Positions 10,478 to 21,173 are shown, numbered from the stretch's first letter. The stretch: DNA of 52,562 nt from Stramenopiles sp. TOSAG23-3 (GCA_900128585.1 LT642159.1:1-52562); one strand, 5' to 3'. The notes: a model not told the origin generated them from the letters alone. Program-made: numbers and translations.

Positions 10478-11500
10478 TCAGTCTCGCCCACCGAAAATTA
10501 TATCTTTCAGACTTGGCGTCCCGCGTTGACGCTGCAGCCGATTCTTTGTTTCTCTCGTGTGTAGAAGCTTGTAGTTTTCTCGTAGGCTGTATACCCACGG
10601 TTGATATCGCTCAGCAGGCGTAGTAGTGCTGTCATGTTTGCATGCGTTTGGTCTATTCCCATATAGATTCTCTCGAAAAACATATTTTGAGTGTCCAGGC
10701 TTCTGTAGCCATACGAATCGTGATGCCTCTACCAAAGGCATTACCCACTGCTCAAAATTTTCTACCGTAGACTCGATGAGCCCATTGCTCATATCCCTGC
10801 ACGCGTAGTCAATCGTTACTTTGTCCCCTCTCATTGCCAAAATCTTTCCTGCGATCCACCTGTCGTCTAGAGTGTCTTGAAATTCAAATTCTATGTCTCC
10901 AAGAACTAGTGACCGAATGGGGCCAACGCAGTAATCATTTATCCTAAAACCAAACCCATCTAACTGAACTTGAGAATCATCCGACCACTTAAATAATCCT
11001 TCCTGGAACAATTCAACGATTTCGAACAATGTCTCTCCACTTGCCCATATGGGCAGCGACAGTGAGTAAAGGCAATCAAATTCGATCATTATTAGATCAT
11101 CAATAGCAGAAACCACTCTCGCGCGAATCCATGAGTCCGGGTCCAACCCCTGTACATCGAATTCGGTCCCTTTTGTCTGCAGCCTCTCTTTTACCTGTAA
11201 CGCAAAAAAGACATCTATGTGCGACGGAGTGTTCTTCATGTCTTCGGGAATTTCTATATCAAGAGGGTCTGCCTTTATAGCAAAATTTTCGACGTGCCCT
11301 TCGTCGTCCTCTTCGTCAGCAAACTCTGGAAGAAGCTGTTTCCTCATTTTTCGTTCGATTTCACTCTTTTCGTAATCCAAGCATTCTTTTGCATCAAGCC
11401 CTTGCGCAATTTCTTGCATGCATTGGGGGTGTTGGACGTAGTCTACCATTCCCATCGCAGAACAACACGAAAGAAGAAACCATGTTGCAAACAGATTCAT
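10478..11500 (-). CDS. Hypothetical secreted protein with two internal Tudor/Agenet-like repeats
   Basis: Long ORF. ATG at 11500 gives a signal-peptide-like MNLFATWFLLSCCSAMG (alternative ATG at 11527). Two similar segments: GTEFDVQGLDPDSWIRARVVSAIDDLIMIEFDC and GDIEFEFQDTLDDRWIAGKILAMRGDKVTIDYAC. Confidence 0.7.
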   Translation of the reverse strand: MNLFATWFLLSCCSAMGMVDYVQHPQCMQEIAQGLDAKECLDYEKSEIERKMRKQLLPEFADEEDDEGHVENFAIKADPLDIEIPEDMKNTPSHIDVFFALQVKERLQTKGTEFDVQGLDPDSWIRARVVSAIDDLIMIEFDCLYSLSLPIWASGETLFEIVELFQEGLFKWSDDSQVQLDGFGFRINDYCVGPIRSLVLGDIEFEFQDTLDDRWIAGKILAMRGDKVTIDYACRDMSNGLIESTVENFEQWVMPLVEASRFVWLQKPGHSKYVFRENLYGNRPNACKHDSTTTPAERYQPWVYSLRENYKLLHTRETKNRLQRQRGTPSLKDIIFGGRD

Positions 11501-12070
11501 GAATGGCGTGCACCAATTCACCGACATATGCTGTCGTTGAACGTCCAAAAATTCTGCTGCAAACACGACGTCTCGGGCTGTTCTTTTACGTTTACGTCGT
11601 CTAAAATAATTGCGAAATCTGTATTACTGCACAAAATCACAATTGTCAAGTGCGAACATAATCGTATCAGTCGGTGATAATACAAGTGTAACAACGTTTT
11701 ATTGATTGGTTTTAGCATAGGGACTAATATATATTATCATATACGACTTTTTTGCTTCTTAAAACATAACGTTTTTTTTATGGCGGCTGCTGATGAGATT
11801 CTTCTCCACCACACCCGCAGCATCGCTGCTACTTATCAGTCTTGTACCGGTACCTGGTACTTACCTGTATAAATACCGTACGGTACCCCAGGTACAGGTA
11901 AAAACACGGTATTAATACCAGGTACCGTACCAGGTACAGAACCACAGGAAATCATTTTGCCTGTATCAACGATATTTGACGATTAGTGTTCAAAATAAGG
12001 TAAGGTACATGTACAAGGTATTACTTGTTTCAAAAGCAATTAAAATTAGTTTTTTTTTAATATCATTGAC

Positions 12071-13534
12071 TCATGACGGTTCGAACTTCATGCAATTTCC
12101 AGCGGTTACCATGCTGTTTCCTTGCCCGTTGTACACGGGGCAAGAGATCGGTTTATCGGTGCCCATGGGGCAGTATTGGGCCTCGGCGCAATCAGTACAG
12201 CTGTCTATCCGTATCTGAGCTTCCTGGTCCTGGTAAGAGCCCTGGTAGCACGCAACCTTATCCGAACCCGCTGGGCAATAATGCCCTGTTGGGCATGTCT
12301 TGCAGCCTGCTATGGAATTTTGAGACAGTATATCCCCATACTTCCCTTCGACGCAATCTGTGCAAGGCGTGTCCCCGGAGCCACTCCATTTCCCCCTCGG
12401 GCATGGGTAGGCGGGGGGCTCTATCACGATTAGCCCATTGCCAGCGCGAAGGACAATGCCGACCCCTCCGGCTGCCACGCCATCTACGTAACCCATCGCA
12501 TTTGAAGCCGGCGGCTCCTCAACCCCGTTCACACATTCAGCGCCGTATGTATACGCCCATGTATTTGATGTTGGTGTTGAAGATCCCCCACCCCCGCCGC
12601 CTGCTGGTGGTGCCCAGCCACCCCCGCCGCCTCCGTAGTACCCTGCACCACCCCCACCAGCATATTGAGACCCCAAACCACCCAAAAATTGCGATCCATC
12701 ACCACCAGACTTTGTACAACCTGATACATGAGTCCCTCCAGTGGATTGGCTAGCCCCATTGCCCATGCAAGTCCCGACGGTACCGTCAACGTCTTCGGCT
12801 ACTCCGCTGTTCCCATCGACTCTGCCACCACACCCACCTGTTGACCCAGCGTCTGCTCCCGCCCCGCCTCCCGCCCCGACTGACACCACTTCCACGTACT
12901 GCGCACTACTCCCGAGTACAATAGACTGAATTATAGCAGATCGCCCTCCCCCGGTGCCGCCACCTCCTGCATTTCCTCCGCCTCCACCATACGGAGAAGA
13001 AGGGTCTGTCGTGCCATGCATTCCGCCTCTCCCTACCACCAGCTTAAGAACTTCTCCGGCTGTCACTTGTAAGACCCCTTTTATGTACGCACCCGCCCCT
13101 CCATAGACGTTTGTGTTCATCCACTTGGACCCACCGCCGCCAGCCCCCCATAAATGCATGGTCACCTGCGAAACACCTACTGGAACCGAGTAATACTGCT
13201 CTTCTCCAGAGTATTGGTAAACTATTGGGGGGTTGACGCTGGGACAGGACGTGCTCGTCTTTGTCGAAAGAGAGTAGGCTCCAGCAGTCTGAATGCTACA
13301 CTCTTTGAAAAAAACGCATTCGTCAGCTTTCCAACCACTGGCCACGCAATAGGGATGTATGAGGCATGCATAAATACACTCAGCCTCCGTCCTTCCGTTG
13401 AGGTAACTGTCCGTGAAAATCTCCGTGGTGTCGCAAGTTTTACTCGAAATCGCAGTGTCGGTGCAGTAGTCACTTCCTGAAACAGACAACAACTGCAATA
13501 CCGAAAGGAGAAGGCCGTGCCAGAAAAACTTCAT
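12071..13534 (-). CDS. Secreted protein: PAN/apple-like domain + ALK/LTK-type glycine-rich domain + Cys-rich (GCC2/GCC3-like) repeats
   Basis: Signal peptide MKFFWHGLLLSVLQLLSVSG (ATG 13534); ECIYACLIHPYCVASGW..EC; YSVPVGVSQVTMHLWGAGGGG..GGAGAYIKGVLQV.AGEVLKLVVGRGG followed by poly-Gly tracts; CPRGKWS and CPTGHYCPAGS repeats. Confidence 0.75.
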   Translation of the reverse strand: MKFFWHGLLLSVLQLLSVSGSDYCTDTAISSKTCDTTEIFTDSYLNGRTEAECIYACLIHPYCVASGWKADECVFFKECSIQTAGAYSLSTKTSTSCPSVNPPIVYQYSGEEQYYSVPVGVSQVTMHLWGAGGGGSKWMNTNVYGGAGAYIKGVLQVTAGEVLKLVVGRGGMHGTTDPSSPYGGGGGNAGGGGTGGGRSAIIQSIVLGSSAQYVEVVSVGAGGGAGADAGSTGGCGGRVDGNSGVAEDVDGTVGTCMGNGASQSTGGTHVSGCTKSGGDGSQFLGGLGSQYAGGGGAGYYGGGGGGWAPPAGGGGGGSSTPTSNTWAYTYGAECVNGVEEPPASNAMGYVDGVAAGGVGIVLRAGNGLIVIEPPAYPCPRGKWSGSGDTPCTDCVEGKYGDILSQNSIAGCKTCPTGHYCPAGSDKVACYQGSYQDQEAQIRIDSCTDCAEAQYCPMGTDKPISCPVYNGQGNSMVTAGNCMKFEPS

Positions 13535-14311
13535 TGCTTCGCTTCTTAAACAGTAGAAAAAGCTAGGGAGTAAGAGAAGTTGAAGCTGCACTCCGGAATT
13601 ATTTAGTTAACCATCCCATTTTAAACTATCTTTCTCGCTTCAGAAACATCTACTCCAGGGTGTTGATTAGCCATTTGTCAAAACTACATGTAGTTTATTA
13701 TAATTCCTTGGTGGTTTAATAATAATAATAATAACGGTGGTGTATTTCACCTGGTGAACTGGTGAAGAAGAAATTTCCATTCAGTTTTTCCAGTATAAAA
13801 GTTTTTAATATACTAAATGTTATACTTATAATTCTTTTATACATTGTACAGCATCATTGTTACTATGAGACCAATAAAACTCAGTCTTTCGGATGATCCC
13901 TGCTCTGCTGGAAAAGGCTCTATTATTAATATCTCTGCTTGGACTGCTGCTGAGCTCTGAATGAGAATGAAGAAGAAGGATTGATTTTATTTTATTATTT
14001 TTTTCTTTTTTTAGAAGAAGAAGAAGAGAGGAAGAAGAAGAAATAAAATTTTGATGTGAGCTGATGGTTTTGAATTACTGTACTACTATTATTTTTGTAT
14101 TTTATTTTTATTTTATCATCATTTTTCTTCTTTTTTTTTTTAAATTAATAAATACTGTATTATATTTTAATACCCTTACATTCATTCATGTACCATTCTT
14201 TCCTAATTGCCAACCATGAATTACCAACGAAAATAAGTTTTTGTTAATTTTCTGGGCTGTCTAGCGTTGTATTTCCTGAGGAAGCTTTTGTTTGTGTTGG
14301 CGTTGGTTTCT

Positions 14312-14335
14312 TGTGTGTGTGTGTGTGTGTGTGTG
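14312..14335. repeat. (TG)n microsatellite upstream of TAF2
   Basis: TGTGTG run about 50 nt before the probable TAF2 ATG. Confidence 0.9.
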
Positions 14336-14383
14336 CACTTGGTACCCGGCTCTGTTTCTTTCTTGTGCAACACGACAACAGAT

Positions 14384-17300
14384 ATGGACGGCTGGGTATG
14401 CGTTCATACGGACGTACATTTAAGTGTCCCCAACCTGAACGAGGGTGCTTGTGTACAAGGTGTCTCAACGCTTACCTTTGTTTTTCCCGCTGCAGAAAAC
14501 TATGCGGACGAGAAGATATTCCGCATCCACTGCAAGCAGTGCAAGGTGTTGAAGACGTATGTCAACGACCAAGTGCAGGTGCATCAGCACCGGGACTACT
14601 TGGGCAACCCGTCCGTCCCGATAGTTCCCAACAGTGATAATTTCACTGACTTGGATGCTTTCGATGTTAGATATCGAGAGAAAGCTAGCGCTGCAGAGCA
14701 GGGCGAGTTGTCCGTCTCTCTACCTGAAAATGTACTTGCACAACTTGAGGCAGAAAGTAGGACGGCGGAAGTTATGATCAAGGTCGCCGTCCACTTTCAG
14801 TTTGAGGTTCAAAGGCAATCGTCTGGTTTGTATTCCGGCTATCCCAGGTCAGGAAAAGCGGGAAACGGCACGAGGGCGCCAGATGCTTACTCCAGTTACG
14901 ATGGGCCGTTCTGGTCAAATGGTGATCGCCCATTGCACATTTTTACGTTCAACGAACCGTTGTGTGCTGGCACAGTCCTTGGGGGGGCGTCCGGAATCCG
15001 AACATGGCTGCCGAGCATTGATCTGTTGGACTCGCGATGCACGTACAACATTACAATACAAGCCGGAAACGGTTTGGTGCCGGTGTGCTCTGGGAATTTA
15101 GTGAATAAACGTTCCGTCAAAAACGGGAAGACGGTAATCAACACGTTTGAGTTCAAAATTGCAGACCCAATTCCGCCGCATGCGGTGGGCCTAGCGATCG
15201 GCGAATTCGTCGTCGTTGCAGACAAGTTCTACCCGTCACGAGTCACCTATTTTGCCCCGAACTGGGGCGTTGACGAAACAACGGCATGCATCCAGAACTG
15301 CACAAAGTATGTCGCTAAAGCGATTCACTTTTTTGAGGAAATATTCGATTGCCAGATACCAATGGGGTGCCACAATGTAGTTTTTGTGAATGACCCACCA
15401 ACGTCACGTCCACTGGTCGGGTCCCACAGCGCGTCCATGACCGTGCTGTCCAGGGATTGCTTGCTCCCAAAGAGCGTAAGAAGCAGCAAACTGATCAATT
15501 TTGTCGATCTTGCTGCCGAGCTAGCGATGGGCGTTGTTTGGAACTGGTTCGGGGTATTGGCCAATGTGAAGCACTGGCAAGACTCCTGGCTGTCTATTGG
15601 ATTAGCAAACTACATGGTAGACCTGTTCATCAAGGACGAATTTGGTGAGGACTTGTACAGGGTGCGTTTGAACGAAAAAATGGAAAGGGTACGAGACGCC
15701 GCGAAGCGCCGCTCGCTGCGTTCCCTCATCGCGAAAAACAACGAAGAAATATTCGAGTTGGGGCCCAGGCACTCTTCGTCCCCGTTTGCTTCTCGCGCAT
15801 CCATGACAATTCATGCCGTGGTTGTCCGGTTGAACTTGGCGGGCCACGTATCATTCTTGTCGCTGCTGAGGCAGTGGCTAAAAGATACGACCGCCAATCG
15901 GCGTGAATCCCACTTAGATTTGTATGGTACCTTTAAGGCCGACCCGGAAGTTAGGCAGAGAATCGCGTTGCCACCTTCCAGCAAGACAGGGGCGGGTGGC
16001 GCGGAAGCGAGTGGCAGCAAGCCGCTAGCAGCGGGAAAGCTCCAGCCTGACGTGTGCGACAGCAGCATACCCTTCATCCGGAAATTAGCGTTCTTAAGTG
16101 GGTGCCAACGGGTGCTTGACGATGCCTTTATTCGCCATTGGCTGCAGAAAAACTCCATTCCTATGTTCACCGCTGATTTTGCGTACTACGACAGCAAAAA
16201 AGCCAACCAGGTCGAACTGGCCATAACCCAAGCTGCGGGAACGAATTTTGAGGGCGACATGGTTGTCAGCATACACCAGGGCGTCGATTTGGTAGACTTG
16301 CACTCGATCGGTATCTACTCTGGCGTTGCAGAGGCAACGCAGAAAATAGACTGCAAGAAGAAAGACCGGACCAAGCGGCAGGGATTGCACGTGCGCTTTA
16401 TTGAGTTTGATCCCAAGATGCAACTCATCCACGACATTAAAGAGTTGAAGACTCCCCCGGCCATCACCAAGGTGCAGTTTTATGGTGAAATGCTGATGAA
16501 CACAAAAGGGAAAAACGATGGGGACCTGGCCCTGCAATACCGGGCGATTAAAAACTTAGCAGCCCTGCCAAGCAGCAACGCGGGAGTTTTGCTGCCGGAC
16601 ATCAAGGCGTGTGAATTTCTTTTAATGTCCTTGGACCCCAACGGTAAATACTCGAACGATGTAAAAGAACGCGCGGTAGAAGCGGTGGCCGAGTGGCAAA
16701 ACCTCCATACTCCGAACACGTATGCTGCGAGCAACAGAGGAGACTGTGGGGGTCTGACGCATGCCAAGCTATGGCCCAGCAACAATCCAGCAAAAAAGGG
16801 GAGCAATGGGAAGGCCACGGGGGGGCGTGGCCCGGGGAGGGGTGGAAAAGGCAAGAACGCGGCAAAAAACAAAGGCGAGTTCGTTGCCCCGAAGCCCGTC
16901 ACCAGTGCCCCCGAAGCCCGTCCTGTTGATGGGTGGTACGGGTTGCACGCGCTGATTGCCGCCTTTAGGGCGTATTTTTGGTACTATGACGCTTCTACAA
17001 GATCGTACGAGATTTTACCGAATGATACGACGTTATTGAAACGTTCCAATTCGCTACGGAACAAATTTATCGAGAGCCTTTCAAAGATTCGCGACAGCGA
17101 AGGATGCCCGCCCCCAACACTGTACAAATTCTTTTCTAGCTTGCTGAAACACAACATAGATGCGCCCACCAGCGGAGACGAAGTCAATGTGACTTACATC
17201 GCTTCTTTGCTGCGGGCGTTGGGGAAAGTCTCCAAGGAAAAGCTGGAAGTTAAGAAGACCCTCGATGTTTACCAGCAGTACATAAACTACCAAGCTGTCC

Positions 17301-18241
17301 TTCCATGCCCATATCGAAGTGTTCTCGTTGCTTGCATTCGAGGAATCGCGGACATGGAAAGTTGCGGTGCAAAGCCGGCCTCGTTTGAGTTTCATTCGTA
17401 CGCCATGTTCTCTCCCTCGTCACGTGTTCGCCAGGCGGCATACGAGTCAATCATGCGGGTGTACTTGATTGGGAATCATGGTGATGGTTTTCAGACCGTA
17501 GGGTGGCTGGTTGAAAGATTGTCTCCGACGAGCGACATGTTCGAGGCCTCCGCCAGTTCGAGGCGCGTTGTCGTAGACATTTTGCTGAAAATTATCAACG
17601 GTGGAATTGCTGACTCAGCGTTCAAGGAAATTCTTCTGTCAGACAGTGAAATTCTGCACAATGGGGAAAAAAAAGGGCTGAAGAAGGCATTTGTTGAAAA
17701 GTTGTGGGAGTGCCTGAACCAAGTTTCGTGTTACGATTGGTACGTGCGGGAAAAGATGTATTCTGCATACAAGGCGCTCTTCTCTTACAAAACCCCAGAA
17801 CCGTTCGAAGGCGTTGACGACGAGAGGGAAGACGATGACTGGGCAGATCCTTTGAAACCCCCCTCGAAGTGGTCGAAACAGACGTCGCAATCAACCAGGT
17901 ACAAGAGTCGATGCCTTATGTCCAGGATCCAGCCCATGAAATCCCCGCGCGTGGTTGGCAAAGAATATGGCACGCCGCTGGTTTCGCCACGGGCTGCACC
18001 TCGTGGGACTAGTGCCGAGTTGCCGGCGTTTGGGCTAGGGGAGGCGGCCTCGCAGTCGACCTTAGGTACCAATAGAAATGGGCACGCTGGCTCAAGTATT
18101 TTGCAAAGTACCAGCAGCCCTCGTACAGGTGGTCTGTTTGGACTGTCAAATGGTAGCAGTAAGCCTGTGGCGTCACCGAATGCAAAGACCGGCACTAAAT
18201 TAAAACTTCGAATCAACTTCAAACGCAAGCGCGAAGAGTGA
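14384..18241 (+). CDS. TAF2: Transcription initiation factor TFIID subunit 2 (M1 aminopeptidase-like fold, no HEXXH)
   Basis: RIHCKQC, R.WLPSID...RCTY, V.VCSG.L, A+GLAIG.F, WNWFG..W.D.WL.IGLA.Y, FG.D.YR, then a helical region with Y..VL..CI. First ATG at 14384; the TTG extension runs through the TG microsatellite. Confidence 0.82.
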   Translation: MDGWVCVHTDVHLSVPNLNEGACVQGVSTLTFVFPAAENYADEKIFRIHCKQCKVLKTYVNDQVQVHQHRDYLGNPSVPIVPNSDNFTDLDAFDVRYREKASAAEQGELSVSLPENVLAQLEAESRTAEVMIKVAVHFQFEVQRQSSGLYSGYPRSGKAGNGTRAPDAYSSYDGPFWSNGDRPLHIFTFNEPLCAGTVLGGASGIRTWLPSIDLLDSRCTYNITIQAGNGLVPVCSGNLVNKRSVKNGKTVINTFEFKIADPIPPHAVGLAIGEFVVVADKFYPSRVTYFAPNWGVDETTACIQNCTKYVAKAIHFFEEIFDCQIPMGCHNVVFVNDPPTSRPLVGSHSASMTVLSRDCLLPKSVRSSKLINFVDLAAELAMGVVWNWFGVLANVKHWQDSWLSIGLANYMVDLFIKDEFGEDLYRVRLNEKMERVRDAAKRRSLRSLIAKNNEEIFELGPRHSSSPFASRASMTIHAVVVRLNLAGHVSFLSLLRQWLKDTTANRRESHLDLYGTFKADPEVRQRIALPPSSKTGAGGAEASGSKPLAAGKLQPDVCDSSIPFIRKLAFLSGCQRVLDDAFIRHWLQKNSIPMFTADFAYYDSKKANQVELAITQAAGTNFEGDMVVSIHQGVDLVDLHSIGIYSGVAEATQKIDCKKKDRTKRQGLHVRFIEFDPKMQLIHDIKELKTPPAITKVQFYGEMLMNTKGKNDGDLALQYRAIKNLAALPSSNAGVLLPDIKACEFLLMSLDPNGKYSNDVKERAVEAVAEWQNLHTPNTYAASNRGDCGGLTHAKLWPSNNPAKKGSNGKATGGRGPGRGGKGKNAAKNKGEFVAPKPVTSAPEARPVDGWYGLHALIAAFRAYFWYYDASTRSYEILPNDTTLLKRSNSLRNKFIESLSKIRDSEGCPPPTLYKFFSSLLKHNIDAPTSGDEVNVTYIASLLRALGKVSKEKLEVKKTLDVYQQYINYQAVLPCPYRSVLVACIRGIADMESCGAKPASFEFHSYAMFSPSSRVRQAAYESIMRVYLIGNHGDGFQTVGWLVERLSPTSDMFEASASSRRVVVDILLKIINGGIADSAFKEILLSDSEILHNGEKKGLKKAFVEKLWECLNQVSCYDWYVREKMYSAYKALFSYKTPEPFEGVDDEREDDDWADPLKPPSKWSKQTSQSTRYKSRCLMSRIQPMKSPRVVGKEYGTPLVSPRAAPRGTSAELPAFGLGEAASQSTLGTNRNGHAGSSILQSTSSPRTGGLFGLSNGSSKPVASPNAKTGTKLKLRINFKRKREE

Positions 18242-18271
18242 TAGAAGAATTTGTTTTAAAATGCGTATTGA

Positions 18272-18460
18272 TAGAATGATAGTCAAAACTAAGTGACACG
18301 GGTATATTGATCAGTAAAATCTCAGGAGCAGAGATAAGTTCGCAGTATATGAAGGAACGTAAACCTCAAATGGACAAAAGGAGCAGATTCACTTTCGCGG
18401 TACATGAAGAAGATAAATTTTTAATTACTTAAATAACAGCCATTATTTCGTTTTTAATTT
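18272..18460 (+). repeat. Dispersed 3'-flank repeat family, copy B (longest)
   Basis: Starts 30 nt after the TAF2 stop. Contains two GGAGCAGA..TTCGC.GTA.ATGAAG subunits about 55 nt apart and the AAATAACAGCCA tail. Confidence 0.9.
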
Positions 18461-19763
18461 AGATAAACCGAATTAAGAATTAGTTTTATTCAGCAAGAGA
18501 AGGAATTAATTGTAGGACGAACCGGTTGACTGGGATGACAGTCATCTCAAGTATGGGGAATAAATAACAGCCAAATTTTTTGTTTTTAATTATTAATTGT
18601 TTATTAACCTTCTTTTTTTTTTAATCGTATTAAAACATAGTAGTAGTATTAATAGTCTACGAGGACTAATTTGTTTTTTAATTGTTTTTAACAGCCGCCA
18701 ATTTTCTTGTTTTTAATAAAGAATTAAATAGACTATAATAGTCGTCTAACAACAAGCCAATTTTTCTTGTTTTTTTTTTTTTAACGAGGAGGACTTTTAT
18801 TAATAGTATTTTAGCTCGTATTAATAAAAGCGGCGCACACGAATCATCATGTATTTTACTCAATTTTACAACTTTTATATTGTATATGGACACAGCATTG
18901 ATCACAGAGAGAGACGAAATATTGCAGATGCAAGTATCTTTGGCGCGGAATTGAAAACAGGCACACGACTTTGTGTTAACTATTTGAAACACAGAGATCT
19001 TTACGAAAAAAAGATAATTTTTACAATTTTAAACAGTCAAACGTCCTTTCAGATACCTAAAATTTTGGCTCCACCGCCCATTTTTTCCGAACACACAAAA
19101 AAATAAGCGATCGTTCGAGTGGCGTTTGGTCCAAATCGCCCATTTCATACAAAATTGTCCCTAGGAACCACATTTCCAAGTCAATTGAAGGCAAACAATT
19201 CATAAGCGTTCGTTGAAGGCCGGACACCGCGCGAGGAACAATCGCCTAATCTAAACTTATGGAGATAGACGTCCCCCTTCCTTTCTTTTGTCGTTTTCTG
19301 TCAGAATGCTTCCATACTTTGAAAATCGAGTCGGATTTTTTTTCGCGCCAAGGACACTGAACACTTTTTTAAACAGGTGTCTATCATTGCAGTTTACTTA
19401 AAGGAAAACAGCGACGGTCGTCTTTTTATTTTTTAACAAAAATGGTCATAAATACAGGAAATTAGAATGGGTGGTCCTTGTAAAAAAGAAGAAGAAAAAG
19501 ATTTAATTTTTCTTATTTTTTTCGGTGGTGTGATAGTGTTAAAATGAAATGTAAAAAAAAAAAAGAATCTAAAAAAATAGTTCCGCACAAGGGGTTCAAA
19601 CTTCGTCGGAACAGATTTCTGTACCTGCGTGTTTGGTGCTTATAAAATTATCGACACAAGAGTTTTCCGGGACCAAAAAAGTGAAATGAAGTTGCAAGAC
19701 ACTCCGCCGCAGCACCATCATCAGCCAGGCGCACTCATCCACAAAGCGACCGATGACAGAACA

Positions 19764-21005
19764 ATGGCATCGTTTGCTAAGGCCGACTATGGTTTCGAGG
19801 AGGACGACGATGAGGATTCCCCGCGCGGGCAAGAAATAATGGTGCTACAGTCTATGTACGAAGAAGAAATGGAGTTCTCATTCGGCAAGAGCTTCGAGTT
19901 TGATATAAAATTGATGATGGAAGAGACACATGAGGTCACGTTACACGCGACACTCTCGACTGAATACCCGGACGCAAAAGCACAATCCATTCTGAGCTTG
20001 CAGATTCCTGCGCTGGAGCGCTCGACCTTTGACATAATGACGCAGGACTTGAATTCGGAGCTAGATGGGCTCGACCTCGAGGAGGAACCTATGAAGGTCT
20101 TACATGCAATCGACTGGTTGAAAGAACATATCGAGGAATATTTGGAACAACAAGCCTCTTTAAAGAGCTCCAAGGCTGCCGCGGCAGACAAACAAAACTC
20201 TTCGGCCGCTGTTGCCAACGCGTCGTCTGTGTCATCGCCGGCCTCGAAAATCATATGCAACGGTTTTATGAGGGAATGGTGTTCATTCGTATCTCTGTAC
20301 AAGGACTCGTACATTGCGGGGCCCAACCGATTTGAGGTGTTGAACAATCTCGCCAATCAGCGCGGACTTGCAATAACAGGCTTGGCCATTGCGGGAAAGC
20401 CAGGTGGTCTTGTCGTCGAAGGGCGGGAATCGGACGTGATGGATTTCATGAACTTGATGCGCACCGAATTTTTTGAGACCCTGAATCCGCGCGGGCGCAA
20501 ATTGACGACGAGGCTGCAGGAACGGTGGCCATTGGACTATGAAATAGATAGATACGAGGCAGCGCGTGCGCGGAAAAACCTTTTAGAAGACTTGCACCAA
20601 CGGGCGCGAAGGGAGCAAGAACAGGGCGTCGCAAAAACGAAAGGAAATAAGCAAAATAAAGTCTTGGAAAACGAACGTCTCGCAGCGTGGGAAAAAAAAG
20701 ATCGGCAGTTGTTGGAAGTTTTTGAAAATATGCGGAAAGAAAAAATGACGGACGAAGAAATGAATGTGCTCGTGGACTGCGGTCCCCCGTCTATGGGCAA
20801 CAATGCATCCCAAGTGTACCTCAGGTTAGGGCAAGGGGTAGCTGGCTCAGATGTAGACAAGCAGCGAAAATTTTCGAATTTTACAGTTCTTACCGGTGGT
20901 AACAACAGTGGCTACGAAACCGCGTACCAGGATGCCGGGGTGCTTCTGACCAATATGGATATGAAGCACGGGTTTGATGCTATGTTTGCGTATAGGTTTT
21001 CGTGA
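19764..21005 (+). CDS. RWD domain-containing protein, RWDD2-like
   Basis: EIMVLQSMY...LSTEYP...IDWLKEH fits an RWD domain; ITGLAIAGKPGGLVVEG resembles the RWDD2 C-terminal (DUF1115-type) motif. Start ATG is at 19764 or 19686. Confidence 0.7.
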   Translation: MASFAKADYGFEEDDDEDSPRGQEIMVLQSMYEEEMEFSFGKSFEFDIKLMMEETHEVTLHATLSTEYPDAKAQSILSLQIPALERSTFDIMTQDLNSELDGLDLEEEPMKVLHAIDWLKEHIEEYLEQQASLKSSKAAAADKQNSSAAVANASSVSSPASKIICNGFMREWCSFVSLYKDSYIAGPNRFEVLNNLANQRGLAITGLAIAGKPGGLVVEGRESDVMDFMNLMRTEFFETLNPRGRKLTTRLQERWPLDYEIDRYEAARARKNLLEDLHQRARREQEQGVAKTKGNKQNKVLENERLAAWEKKDRQLLEVFENMRKEKMTDEEMNVLVDCGPPSMGNNASQVYLRLGQGVAGSDVDKQRKFSNFTVLTGGNNSGYETAYQDAGVLLTNMDMKHGFDAMFAYRFS

Positions 21006-21173
21006 TCTGGCCATTGTTGTGTGGAGTAAATAACGGAATAAAAGTAACATATATGAAGTACGAATTCTGAGCGTAAGAGTACAAAATTACTAAGAGCACC
21101 TTTATTTCCTGTACAATTTTCTACGAGATTGGGGTTTCTCTCGGCTTGTCTTTGCAACGGCAACGCCACCGAA

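Noticed and set aside
11857-11868. ACTTACCTG resembling the U1 snRNA 5' end
   Set aside because: It is embedded in the GTAC cluster, with no U1 stem-loops or Sm site following.
14267-14383. Hydrophobic N-terminal extension on TAF2 that looks like a signal peptide
   Set aside because: It begins at TTG and is translated from T-rich and (TG)n sequence; the first ATG is at 14384.
14384-16200. Active M1 aminopeptidase
   Set aside because: No HEXXH zinc motif (AAELAMGVVWNWFG instead), as expected for TAF2.
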